Shown one piece after another: positions 8,984-17,281 of a stretch of DNA of 48,976 nt. The DNA comes from a virus (lineage: Duplodnaviria; Heunggongvirae; Uroviricota; Caudoviricetes). Each line of letters starts with the position of its first letter. Positions within the stretch are counted from its first letter, which is position 1. The notes under the pieces were generated by a model. That model saw only the letters and a list, made by a program, of their open reading frames with translations. It was not told the DNA's origin and made no database searches. Location: the IMG/VR virus record IMGVR_UViG_2541047786_000002, positions 1-48,976 of that record. The stretch is one strand, 5' to 3'. The position numbers and the translations under genes are program-made.

Positions 8984-9287
8984 AATCAAAGAAATACCAG
9001 TAGTACGTGATGAATATGGCTGCTGGACGCATCCTGAATATGAAAAATTCTGTGACGGTCGGGAATATATTTCAACGGAAGAGTTTAACGCCTGGATGGA
9101 GGAAAATAATCTTCAATACGTCCTCTGCTTCAGAGATGAAGGATGTGCTGACCTTGATGCGCGTGATGCTGATATTTCTGCATGGGAACCGGAACGACCA
9201 GAGGGCAATGGATGGTTTATTGGTTCAATACATGACACCGAAGATGGCCCGGTTTGTGTATGGCTGAGAAATAAGGCCGAAGCATAA
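8976..9287 (+). CDS. Hypothetical protein (103 aa)
   Basis: ORF overlapping the previous stop; acidic C-terminus. Confidence 0.45.
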   Translation: MNEIKEIPVVRDEYGCWTHPEYEKFCDGREYISTEEFNAWMEENNLQYVLCFRDEGCADLDARDADISAWEPERPEGNGWFIGSIHDTEDGPVCVWLRNKAEA

Positions 9288-9415
9288 AGGCTATAAACCG
9301 ACTAACAACTAAATACTGAAGATTTAAATCAGAAACGATTTTTATTAAATCCTTAACCGGAGGGATTCCTGCACCCTCAGAACATCAGGAGGCCGTCCGA
9401 AAGGGCGGTAGTGAA

Positions 9416-9598
9416 ATGCGAAAATTCAAAATAATTATTGAAACGGGAATAGCCGGTGGAGATTTCGAGGATGAATTCGAAGTGGATGATGATGCAACAC
9501 CAGATGAAATACAGGATGAAGCTAAAGATATTTTCTTTAACTACTGCAATTACTCATACCACGAAATAAAAGACGAAGAGGAAGAACAAAATGGCTGA
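9416..9598 (+). CDS. Hypothetical acidic small protein (60 aa)
   Basis: ORF with upstream SD-like GAAAGGG. Confidence 0.4.
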   Translation: MRKFKIIIETGIAGGDFEDEFEVDDDATPDEIQDEAKDIFFNYCNYSYHEIKDEEEEQNG

Positions 9599-9767
9599 TT
9601 TTGGTTCAACTAAATATAACGCCAGTTTTGAAGAATGGCATGAACTGTTAATGGATTATGCAGAGTTACGCGGTAGAAGTGCCGCTGATGCTGAAGCATG
9701 GCGTGATGATTATGAAGCAGGGAAAACACCGGTCGAAGCATATTGTGATGAGTGGGGCGATGAATGA
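9591..9767 (+). CDS. Hypothetical small protein (58 aa; below the ORF-track length cut-off)
   Basis: ATG 9591 overlaps the previous stop and its TGA overlaps the next ATG (ATGA); translation MADFGSTKYNASFEEWHELL... Confidence 0.4.
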   Translation: MADFGSTKYNASFEEWHELLMDYAELRGRSAADAEAWRDDYEAGKTPVEAYCDEWGDE

Positions 9768-10123
9768 GCGAGATTAATTATCAGGAAGGGCATGAAAAGG
9801 CAGGGCAGGCAAAACCAGTGGCATGGCGATATCGCTACGTGAAAAAAGGCGTTACAGACTTTCAGGGGAAGCAGTGGGTTGGTGACTGGAAATATGTCCC
9901 GACAAAAGAGGATTGTAACGACAGACCAAACTATGAAATTCAGGCGTTATTCACGGCCCCGCCAGCTTCGGTGACATCAGAAGGACTGGTTAAAGCTGTG
10001 CGCTTTTATGAACAGGTACGGCGTGAGGATCCGCCAGTTGAAACCGGAGCATGGAAAGACGCTATTGACTGGGTACTCAAGGAGGCCTGCCTGGTTGTAA
10101 ACACGGGCATCAAAGGAGGCTGA
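9764..10123 (+). CDS. Hypothetical protein (119 aa)
   Basis: Coupled ORF in the nin-like run. Confidence 0.45.
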   Translation: MSEINYQEGHEKAGQAKPVAWRYRYVKKGVTDFQGKQWVGDWKYVPTKEDCNDRPNYEIQALFTAPPASVTSEGLVKAVRFYEQVRREDPPVETGAWKDAIDWVLKEACLVVNTGIKGG

Positions 10124-10339
10124 ATGGGTATTGCCGCAAGTTATACCATGCATCTCTATTGTGATTGCCGCCAGTGTACGGATGGCAAATATCAGTCGCC
10201 AGATTTTGGTGAGTATATCGGTACGTCATGGGCTGGCTGTGCAAAAGAGGCACGTAAAGATGGGTGGCGAATAAGTGCCGACAAAACGCGTGCTTTTGCG
10301 CCAGGGCATAAAATTTTGAGGAGCAACAAAGGAGAGTGA
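10124..10339 (+). CDS. Hypothetical Cys-containing small protein (71 aa)
   Basis: Coupled ORF. Confidence 0.4.
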   Translation: MGIAASYTMHLYCDCRQCTDGKYQSPDFGEYIGTSWAGCAKEARKDGWRISADKTRAFAPGHKILRSNKGE

Positions 10340-10340
10340 T

Positions 10341-10559
10341 GTGCCTACATTATTCAGAAAAGAATATCCGCGAAAAAGTAGAGCGACAGAATTTTTGTTT
10401 CTCATTCTGTTTATCGTGTTGATGATACCGATATCCCCGTTAATTCTGGTATGGGGAATCGGAAAAATAATTGAGCCAGTTATTGAATTGTATAACGACG
10501 TGGTATGGGCTCCGTTCAACACACTGCACAATAAAATTAATCCGTATAAGGAAAACTGA
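10341..10559 (+). CDS. Hypothetical small membrane protein (72 aa)
   Basis: One predicted TM helix (FLFLILFIVLMIPISPLILVWGIG). Confidence 0.4.
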   Translation: MPTLFRKEYPRKSRATEFLFLILFIVLMIPISPLILVWGIGKIIEPVIELYNDVVWAPFNTLHNKINPYKEN

Positions 10560-10560
10560 T

Positions 10561-10824
10561 ATGGCAACTTTGACAAAAAAAGAACAGGCATGGTTGAACG
10601 AATTACAGGACGTTCTTGATCGCTGTCCATCACCGAAAAAAATTGGTTTTTACACCATTGGCGATAAAAGCATTTACCTGTATGACCTGCGCCGCATGGA
10701 TGAAATCATGGAGGCTCTTGATAATCGTTCGTCAATGGATTGGTGTGTTGCTGTCCATGATATGAATGCAGGGTTTGATGAAAAGATTTTGTTCCCCTCA
10801 TCAGTTGAAAGCACTGCGGGTTAA
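10561..10824 (+). CDS. Hypothetical protein (87 aa)
   Basis: ATG 10561 directly after the previous stop; start re-assigned from track ORF 10471. Confidence 0.4.
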   Translation: MATLTKKEQAWLNELQDVLDRCPSPKKIGFYTIGDKSIYLYDLRRMDEIMEALDNRSSMDWCVAVHDMNAGFDEKILFPSSVESTAG

Positions 10825-10834
10825 GGAGTAACAC

Positions 10835-11737
10835 ATGACCACTATTACCAAAGAACGTATTGAATTGTTCATTAAAAACCCGCTTGAAAACGGGCTTACC
10901 CGTGGTGAACAAATGGAACTGGCACGGATTGCGCTGGCATCGCTGGAAGCAGATCCAGTTAAACGAGTTAACTCAGATCAGATGCGCCGAGTCTGCTTAG
11001 AAGCTAATCGCCATTTAGATAAATATGACGCGATGGCGAAAGAGGTAAATAAGTTGCTTGGACGCATCGCCCCGCCAGCGCCGGTAGTGCCGGAAGAAGC
11101 AACTCCGGAAAACGTAGAAATGCTCTCTGGCTATGTTTCCACGTACAAATTAACCGATAGCGAGCGCGATATTGCTGCCGAAATATGGAACGCCTGCCGC
11201 ACCGCCATGCTTCAGTCCGGAAACTTTCGGGAAAGCAAGAATTCGTCAACCAATAATTTTCGGGAAATCCCGGAAGCGTCAACCAGCTCTCCGGTAACTC
11301 CGGCTCTTCTGCCTGGTGGTTTCACCATTGAGGAGGCGAAGGAATTACATGAAGACCTGGTACGCAGCCACATAAGCAAGGCCTTAAGTGGCGAAAAGAT
11401 GAAAAAGAAAGATCGCGATGCTGATTTGCGCTGGATTCATGGCGTTATAGTTCAGGCAGCGTGGTTTGTAAAAGCATCACTGGAGCAGAATGCACTATCG
11501 GGCAACTCTCCGGCAACTCCGGATGGTTGGATAAGCTGTAGTGAGCGAATGCCGAATACCAAAACAGCCGTTCTTGTTGCCGTGGAGTTTGACAGGAAAG
11601 GTGACTGGCGAATGAAATGGGCTACTTACATCCCCGGGCATCCTGACGCTAATGATGGGTGGATAATTCCTGGTGCGTCGTGGAAACCGTCACACTGGAT
11701 GCCGCTACCAGAACCGCCGCAGGAGGTGAATCAATGA
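10835..11737 (+). CDS. DUF551-domain phage protein
   Basis: 300 aa; C-terminal W/G-rich motif ending HWMPLPEPP, typical of DUF551. Confidence 0.6.
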   Translation: MTTITKERIELFIKNPLENGLTRGEQMELARIALASLEADPVKRVNSDQMRRVCLEANRHLDKYDAMAKEVNKLLGRIAPPAPVVPEEATPENVEMLSGYVSTYKLTDSERDIAAEIWNACRTAMLQSGNFRESKNSSTNNFREIPEASTSSPVTPALLPGGFTIEEAKELHEDLVRSHISKALSGEKMKKKDRDADLRWIHGVIVQAAWFVKASLEQNALSGNSPATPDGWISCSERMPNTKTAVLVAVEFDRKGDWRMKWATYIPGHPDANDGWIIPGASWKPSHWMPLPEPPQEVNQ

Positions 11738-11817
11738 GCTGGCCTGAAGCATTAACAACGGTAGGAATTGCGATGGCGGTGGCGCTGGTGGTGTATTCGA
11801 TTTGCCGCTGGGGATAA
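11734..11817 (+). CDS. Hypothetical 27-aa hydrophobic peptide
   Basis: ATGA-coupled to the DUF551 gene; single TM-like segment; could be spurious. Confidence 0.25.
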   Translation: MSWPEALTTVGIAMAVALVVYSICRWG

Positions 11818-12028
11818 AAACGGTTTGCGGGAAAAGGAGAGTTAAGTAGAATTGCAGCGGGTGCTTGAGGCTATCTGTCTCAGGCATGAACACCAAAAGG
11901 CAGATAGAGAAAAGCCCCAGTTAACATTACGCGTCCGGCAAGACGCTTAACATTAATCTGAGGCCATATCTATGCTCTACACACGTAGGTTAGCCTCTTA
12001 CGTGCCGAAAGGCAAGGAGAAGCAGGCT

Positions 12029-12184
12029 ATGAAGCAGCAAAAGGCGATGCTAATCGCCCTGATCGTCATCTGTTTAACCGTCATAGTGACGGCACTGGTA
12101 ACGAGGAAAGACCTCTGCGAGGTACGAATCCGAACCGGCCAGACGGAGGTCGCTGTCTTCACAGCTTACGAACCTGAGGAGTAA
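12029..12184 (+). CDS. hokD: Hok/Gef-family membrane toxin (HokD/RelF-type)
   Basis: 51-aa product MKQQKAMLIALIVICLTVIVTALVTRKDLCEVRIRTGQTEVAVFTAYEPEE matches recalled E. coli HokD; track ORF 11972..12184 is an in-frame N-terminal extension. Confidence 0.85.
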   Translation: MKQQKAMLIALIVICLTVIVTALVTRKDLCEVRIRTGQTEVAVFTAYEPEE

Positions 12185-12253
12185 GAGACCTGGCGGGGGA
12201 GAAATCCCTCGCCACCTCTGATGAGTCAGGCATCCTCAATGCACCCGCGCTTA

Positions 12254-12274
12254 ACCCGCTTCGGCGGGTTTTTC
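12254..12274 (+). terminator. Rho-independent terminator after hok
   Basis: Stem ACCCGC / GCGGGT with TTCG loop followed by TTTTT. Confidence 0.7.
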
Positions 12275-12288
12275 TAGCATCTATCTGG

Positions 12289-12325
12289 TTGACAAAGTCT
12301 ATGTTAAATGGAAATATGGTTGACA
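12289..12325 (+). promoter_or_regulatory. Candidate promoter/operator of the two-gene module
   Basis: Two direct copies of TGGTTGACA (12286-12294 and 12317-12325); first TTGACA has a 17-nt spacer to a weak -10 AAATAT; SD AAGGA ends about 10 nt before ATG 12351. Confidence 0.4.
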
Positions 12326-12350
12326 CCAAAACAACAAGGATATTACGGTC

Positions 12351-12965
12351 ATGCAGAATTTATCTCAACAGTTGTTAGAAGCATATGACAAGGAGTGCCG
12401 CAAAGAGCTTTCGATCGCGTTAGCACAGGCTTATCTTCATTCGCATATGAAGGCAAAAGAGTTTGGTTCTTTTTGGGCTCAAGCACAGTCATATTTGCGC
12501 TGGTTTTATGCCGATGCATTGCTTGAGAATGCGGCTAAGCGTGTGGGGCTGGATTTTGAAGTCGGTAGCAATGCTGCTAAAAATTGTAAACACATTGCGA
12601 TTCACTCGAACAACTGGAAAATGACGGCACATCATTTATCGGGTAATGCGCCACTTCCTAAGCAGGCATTGTATAGAGCTGTTTACGCTAATCAAAATTA
12701 TGAATTGAATTTTGGGGATGAAAATGCCGACTCCCTGGATGGGAGAGCGTCTGGTGGACATGTTTATATGTTACATGATGGCAGTAATCAGCACTTGTCC
12801 AAACTGAATTTAACTGTTCCTTCTTCGGATAATTACGGGATTCTTTATACTGAGTCTTTACCAATTATGACGATGGTAGAAGTTGAAGCAGAAAATGTGG
12901 ATTCTGAGATTGAAGATAAAATCAAGATTCTTACCGAGCAAATAATTAAATCACAGCAATCATGA
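12351..12965 (+). CDS. Hypothetical protein (204 aa), first gene of candidate two-gene module; no recognisable family
   Basis: ORF with upstream SD; stop overlaps the downstream start (ATGA at 12962-12965); AT-rich by eye. Confidence 0.6.
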   Translation: MQNLSQQLLEAYDKECRKELSIALAQAYLHSHMKAKEFGSFWAQAQSYLRWFYADALLENAAKRVGLDFEVGSNAAKNCKHIAIHSNNWKMTAHHLSGNAPLPKQALYRAVYANQNYELNFGDENADSLDGRASGGHVYMLHDGSNQHLSKLNLTVPSSDNYGILYTESLPIMTMVEVEAENVDSEIEDKIKILTEQIIKSQQS

Positions 12966-14107
12966 GCATGAATATCGCACAAACACCATTTACTGATAAA
13001 TCGTTTAATCCTCGTCGCCTTGAGGAGGCAAGAGAGGCAAAAGGGTTGACGATGGCTGAACTTGCCAGAGTGCTCAATATTTCAAGACAAGCTATTTCGT
13101 CATTTGAGAAGGGGTTGAAGTCTCCCTCTGCTGATACACTTTCTGCAATAGCCAAGGTGTTAGGATTTCCAGAACGATTTTTCTTAGCCTCCAGTGCTTC
13201 TCCATCTCTGGAGGGGGCGATTCATTTTAGAAGTCGTTCAACTGCGACCAAAAAGGCTCGAGTTACAGGGAAAACACGTGGGCGTTGGGCGGCATTAATA
13301 TTGGATGAATGTCTAAAATATGCTCAATTACCAGATGTGGTTCTGCCTGAATTCGATATTATTGATTTTGAGGTTCTGTCTCTATCTGATATTGAGGATA
13401 TGTCCACCCAATTAAGGCGTTTTTGGGGGTTAGGTGATGGTCCAATACTCAATTTAACTAGACTTGTTGAAAATAAAGGAATCGTGGTTTCTCATTTACC
13501 TTCTGGTGAGAAAGTTGATGCCTTTTCGTTCTGGCATAATGGGCGGCCTTTAATTATGTTAGATAGCTCGAAGACGGCTGTTCGCATGCGATTTAGTCTT
13601 GCTCATGAACTTGGCCATTTAATTATGCATAGGGCAGTGGAGGATGACTACCTGAATGATAAAGAATTATTCGACCTAGTGGAGTTGCAGGCCGATTATT
13701 TTGCCTCCAGCTTTTTAATGCCAGCCACGACTTTCGGGCGTGAATTTTATAGTCCAAATTTATCAGCGTTAGAACGATTAAAACTACGTTGGATTACATC
13801 TATCGGTAGTATTGCCATGAGGAGTCATAGCCTTAAGTTAATTAGCGATAATCAGAAAAGCTATATATTTAAGCAATTAGCGCCATTCCATCGTAGGGAG
13901 CCGTTAGATGATGCAATCCCAAAAGAAGAGCCTGAGTTACTTAATAAGTTACTTTTACTTCTTGATAAGCATTCAATCATAAAGGTAACTGAGTTAACTG
14001 ATATCTTTGCTCTTCCTTTAAATGAGTTATCTGCAATTACACGATTTAAAGAATCAGATATGATTCATTCTGACAATGTTATTTCATTTACCATAAAACA
14101 AAAATAA
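12962..14107 (+). CDS. HTH_XRE-ImmA/IrrE (COG2856, M78-like) zinc metallopeptidase fusion protein
   Basis: 381 aa; N-terminal XRE-type HTH (LTMAELARVLNISRQAISSFEKG); HEXXH motif AHELGHLIMH (His215-Glu216-His219, DNA 13604..13618) plus downstream LQADYFAS motif typical of ImmA/IrrE. Confidence 0.75.
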   Translation: MSMNIAQTPFTDKSFNPRRLEEAREAKGLTMAELARVLNISRQAISSFEKGLKSPSADTLSAIAKVLGFPERFFLASSASPSLEGAIHFRSRSTATKKARVTGKTRGRWAALILDECLKYAQLPDVVLPEFDIIDFEVLSLSDIEDMSTQLRRFWGLGDGPILNLTRLVENKGIVVSHLPSGEKVDAFSFWHNGRPLIMLDSSKTAVRMRFSLAHELGHLIMHRAVEDDYLNDKELFDLVELQADYFASSFLMPATTFGREFYSPNLSALERLKLRWITSIGSIAMRSHSLKLISDNQKSYIFKQLAPFHRREPLDDAIPKEEPELLNKLLLLLDKHSIIKVTELTDIFALPLNELSAITRFKESDMIHSDNVISFTIKQK

Positions 14108-14118
14108 TTCTCATTCAT

Positions 14119-14142
14119 GCCCGCCTCGGCGGGTTTTTGTTT
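14119..14142 (+). terminator. Rho-independent terminator after the two-gene module
   Basis: Stem CCCGC / GCGGG with CTCG loop followed by TTTTTGTTTT; near-identical to the hok terminator. Confidence 0.7.
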
Positions 14143-14213
14143 TACGTATTCTGGTTTACAATCCACAGGCCAGCCTGAACAACTGGCACCTGCTGCGCCA
14201 GCAGAGACAACCG

Positions 14214-14492
14214 ATGGCGCACGATACCAAATTATACAATTCTGATGATTCTGCCGTCTTTGCCAGCAGGCGCGGACGGTGTTTTCACGCATTCAAATCT
14301 GACTGGTACCAGCATCCCCCATGCACTGAAGAACAGGCCGAATGGCTCATTCAGTGTTACCGCAGGCGCGGATGCGAGGTTAAAAAAGCCCTTAGCCTCG
14401 ACTACCGTCACTGGATAATCTCCGTCAGGCTCCCTTACTCCGAACGGCCAGCGCGTCCGTCCCGCACATTCCAGCAACGGATCTGGAGGTAA
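14214..14492 (+). CDS. Hypothetical small protein (92 aa), possibly Rem-like
   Basis: ORF ending in TAATG overlap with the DUF968 start region; identity not verifiable from memory. Confidence 0.35.
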   Translation: MAHDTKLYNSDDSAVFASRRGRCFHAFKSDWYQHPPCTEEQAEWLIQCYRRRGCEVKKALSLDYRHWIISVRLPYSERPARPSRTFQQRIWR

Positions 14493-14493
14493 T

Positions 14494-15549
14494 GTGCGGG
14501 TATTACTTCGACCTGTTCTGGTACCGGAACTCGGTCTGGTTATCGTTAAGCCAGGCCGTGAATCAATGTCAGCATTCCATAACGGCAGAATACTGGTGGA
14601 GCCGGAACCAAAAAGCATGCGTAATCTGCCGTCCGGGGTCGTTCCTGCCGCTCGCCAGCCGCTGGTGGAAGACAAAACATTGCTGCCGTTTTTCAGTAAC
14701 GCACGGGTGATTCGTGCTGCTGGTGGTGCTGGTGCATTGTCTGACTGGCTGTTGCGCCATATTAAATCCTGCCAGTGGCCACACGGCGATTATCATCACA
14801 GCGAAACCGTCATTCACCGTTATGGTACCGGCGCAATGGTGTTGTGCTGGCACTGCGACAACCAGCTGCGTGACCAGACATCCGAATCACTCGAGCAACT
14901 TGCTCATCAAAACCTGTCAGCATGGATGATTGACGTCATCGGTCACGCAATAAGCGGTACGCAGGAGCGTGAATTATCTTTGGCTGAATTATCCTGGTGG
15001 GCGGTCCGCAATCAGGTGGCGGACGCGCTACCGGAAGCGGTATTACGTCGTTCGCTGGGGTTGCGTGCGGAAAAAATCCGCTCAATGTACCGTGAAAGCG
15101 ACATCGTACCGGGAGAGCAGACCGCCACCAGCATACTGAAGCAGCGCACAAAAAATCTTGCGCCGCTGCCTCACGCCCACCAGCAAAACCCGCCACAGGA
15201 AAAGACGGTGGTCAGCATTGCCGTTGATCCGGAGTCACCGGCTCAGTATCTCCAGCGCCAGAAATCACAACGGGAAGAGATGCCTGTATACACGCGTTGG
15301 GTAAAAACGCAGAAATGCATGACGTGTGGCAATCAGGCAGATGATCCGCATCACATCATTGGTCATGGACTGGGAGGGATGGGAACAAAGGCTGATGATT
15401 TGTTTGTTATTCCGCTGTGCCGTAAATGCCATAGCGAACTACACGCCGGGGTAAAAGATTTTGAAGAAAAACACGGCAGCCAGCTGTTGTTGCTGATTCG
15501 TTTTTTAATGCACGCGAGAAATTCGGGTGTTCTGAAGTGGAAAGCATAA
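14494..15549 (+). CDS. DUF968-family phage protein with C-terminal HNH-like zinc-finger motif (YdfU-like)
   Basis: 351 aa from GTG 14494 (SD GGAGG 5 nt upstream); C-terminal CMTCGN ... DPHHIIGHG ... CRKCHSELH motif. Confidence 0.65.
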   Translation: MRVLLRPVLVPELGLVIVKPGRESMSAFHNGRILVEPEPKSMRNLPSGVVPAARQPLVEDKTLLPFFSNARVIRAAGGAGALSDWLLRHIKSCQWPHGDYHHSETVIHRYGTGAMVLCWHCDNQLRDQTSESLEQLAHQNLSAWMIDVIGHAISGTQERELSLAELSWWAVRNQVADALPEAVLRRSLGLRAEKIRSMYRESDIVPGEQTATSILKQRTKNLAPLPHAHQQNPPQEKTVVSIAVDPESPAQYLQRQKSQREEMPVYTRWVKTQKCMTCGNQADDPHHIIGHGLGGMGTKADDLFVIPLCRKCHSELHAGVKDFEEKHGSQLLLLIRFLMHARNSGVLKWKA

Positions 15550-15930
15550 ATGACTGAACGCATAGAATTTGTTTTGCCTTACCCGCCAACGGTGAACACT
15601 TACTGGCGACGCCGTGGCAGCACATATTTTATCTCGGAGGAGGGAAAGCGTTATCGCCGGGCTGTGGCGCTTATTGTTCGCCAGCAGCGGCTGAAATTAA
15701 GCCTGTCCGGAAGGCTGGCGATAAAGGTGATTGCAGAGCCACCGGATAAGCGTCGTCGCGACCTGGACAATATTCTGAAAGCACCACTGGATGCGCTGAC
15801 GCATGCCGGACTTCTCATAGACGACGAGCAGTTTGATGAAATCAATATTGTGCGCGGTCAGCGCGTTCCTGGGGGGCGGCTGGGCGTGAAGATTTACCCC
15901 ATAATGCTTGAAGGGCAGGTCAAAAAATGA
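15550..15930 (+). CDS. rusA: Holliday-junction resolvase RusA
   Basis: 126 aa; conserved RusA motifs (VLPYPPTVNTYW ... RRRDLDNILKAPLDALTHAGLL); TAAATG coupling to the upstream gene. Confidence 0.85.
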   Translation: MTERIEFVLPYPPTVNTYWRRRGSTYFISEEGKRYRRAVALIVRQQRLKLSLSGRLAIKVIAEPPDKRRRDLDNILKAPLDALTHAGLLIDDEQFDEINIVRGQRVPGGRLGVKIYPIMLEGQVKK

Positions 15931-16748
15931 AACTGGAAGATTTACCGAAATACTACTCCCCAAAATCCCCCGGCCTGACTGATGCATCGGCCTCAACGTC
16001 GAAAGATGCGCTGAGTATCACTGATGTGATGGCCGCGCAGGGCATGACACAGAATCGGGCTGAGATGGGGTTTTCTGCGTTCCTTGGGAAAATGGGCATT
16101 AGTATGAATGACAGAGAGCGGGCAACAGAATTGCTGACAGAATATGCACTCAGTCGGTGCGATCGTGTGGCGGCGTTGAGAAAACTTCCGGCAGAAATAA
16201 AACCGGTAGTGATGCGCATTATGGCTTCGTATGCGTTTGAAGATTATGCCCGTAGCGCGGCGAGCAAAAAACAGTGCCCCTGCTGTCACGGAAAAAAATT
16301 TATTGAAAGCGAGGTTTTTACAAACAAGATCCAGTATCCGGATGGTAAGCCACCAGTGTGGGCAAAGTGCACAAAAGGCGTGTATCCGTCTTACTGGGAA
16401 GAATGGAAAAAAGTCAGGGAGGTGGTAAAAGTTGCCTGTCCGGAGTGTGGCGGAAAGGGTGAGGTTTCCACCGCCTGTAAGGATTGCCGTGGGCGTGGTG
16501 TCGCCATTCACCGTGAAGAGTCGGTAAAACGTGGTATGCCTGTTATCAGAGACTGCCAGCGTTGTGGTGGTCGTGGCTATGAAAGACTACCATCAACGGA
16601 GGCATTTAATGCTATATGCGAGGTGACAAACCAGATAACACGCGCGTCATGGGAAAAAACAGTTAAGAAATTCTATGATGCGCTGGTGACCCGGTTTGAT
16701 ATTGAAGAAGCATGGGCTGAGCGGCAGTTAAAAAAGGTAACTAGGTAA
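15927..16748 (+). CDS. Late-gene antiterminator Q (phage 82 / QuuQ-like family)
   Basis: 273 aa with multiple CxxC zinc-finger motifs (CPCCHGKK, CPECGGKG, CKDCRGRG, CQRCGGRG); immediately upstream of a pR'-tR' unit; ATGA-coupled to rusA. Confidence 0.7.
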   Translation: MKLEDLPKYYSPKSPGLTDASASTSKDALSITDVMAAQGMTQNRAEMGFSAFLGKMGISMNDRERATELLTEYALSRCDRVAALRKLPAEIKPVVMRIMASYAFEDYARSAASKKQCPCCHGKKFIESEVFTNKIQYPDGKPPVWAKCTKGVYPSYWEEWKKVREVVKVACPECGGKGEVSTACKDCRGRGVAIHREESVKRGMPVIRDCQRCGGRGYERLPSTEAFNAICEVTNQITRASWEKTVKKFYDALVTRFDIEEAWAERQLKKVTR

Positions 16749-16753
16749 CAAGG

Positions 16754-16781
16754 TTGATTTTTCCGGAATCTGTGGTAAATT
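16754..16781 (+). promoter_or_regulatory. Late promoter pR'-like (Q utilisation region)
   Basis: -35 TTGATT (16754-16759), 16-nt spacer, TG-extended -10 TAAATT (16776-16781), directly after Q. Confidence 0.5.
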
Positions 16782-16828
16782 CGTCATAACGATGGGCCTT
16801 TTATGCCTGACGTTAGAAGAGTTTCTAC

Positions 16829-16855
16829 AACCCGCCGCCGAGCGGGTTTTTTATT
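16829..16855 (+). terminator. tR'-like rho-independent terminator (ends a short leader transcript)
   Basis: Stem CCCGC / GCGGG with 6-nt loop followed by TTTTTT, about 50-75 nt downstream of the pR'-like promoter. Confidence 0.55.
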
Positions 16856-16891
16856 GCGGAATTAATTACGGACCGTTATTATTCTGCTCCC

Positions 16892-16967
16892 GGCCCTTTA
16901 GCTCAGTGGTGAGAGCGAGCGACTCATAATCGCCAGGTCGCTGGTTCAAATCCAGCAAGGGCCACCA
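16892..16967 (+). tRNA. tRNA with CAT anticodon (ileX/ileZ-like tRNA-Ile2; Met not excluded)
   Basis: 76-nt cloverleaf: acceptor GGCCCTT / AAGGGCC, anticodon loop CTCATAA, T-loop TTCAAAT, encoded CCA; closely resembles recalled E. coli ileX. Confidence 0.8.
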
Positions 16968-17067
16968 TCACAAACCGCCATTAGCTTATCAGGAAGAGCA
17001 GACGACGCGATAACAGGGTTGTTGGTGCGGGGGCGGGTCCCCGATGGCGGTCCATTATCGGTATTCA

Positions 17068-17141
17068 GCGTTGTTAGCTCAGCCGGACAGAGCAATTGCC
17101 TTCTAAGCAATCGGTCACTGGTTCGAATCCAGTACAGCGCG
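17068..17141 (+). tRNA. tRNA-Arg (anticodon TCT), argN/argO-like as in Stx-type phages
   Basis: Acceptor GCGTTGT / ACAGCGC (one G-U), anticodon stem ATTGC / GCAAT with loop CTTCTAA, T-arm ACTGG TTCGAAT CCAGT; CCA not encoded. Confidence 0.75.
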
Positions 17142-17281
17142 CTATATTCATTCTTCCAGATTCCTTCCGGCAGAGCCTTATACTGAAATATACCTGGCTC
17201 AGGATATTGTTGAAAATATTATATGTTTGTCAAAAATAAAAGTTCTGTTAAGTATTGATTGAGTGTTTGTTATACGGTCTA

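Noticed and set aside
11972-12028. Treating track ORF 11972..12184 as a single 70-aa Hok protein
   Set aside because: Hok-family toxins are about 50 aa; the internal ATG at 12029 gives the canonical 51-aa sequence. The extension is discussed only as a mok-like upstream frame.
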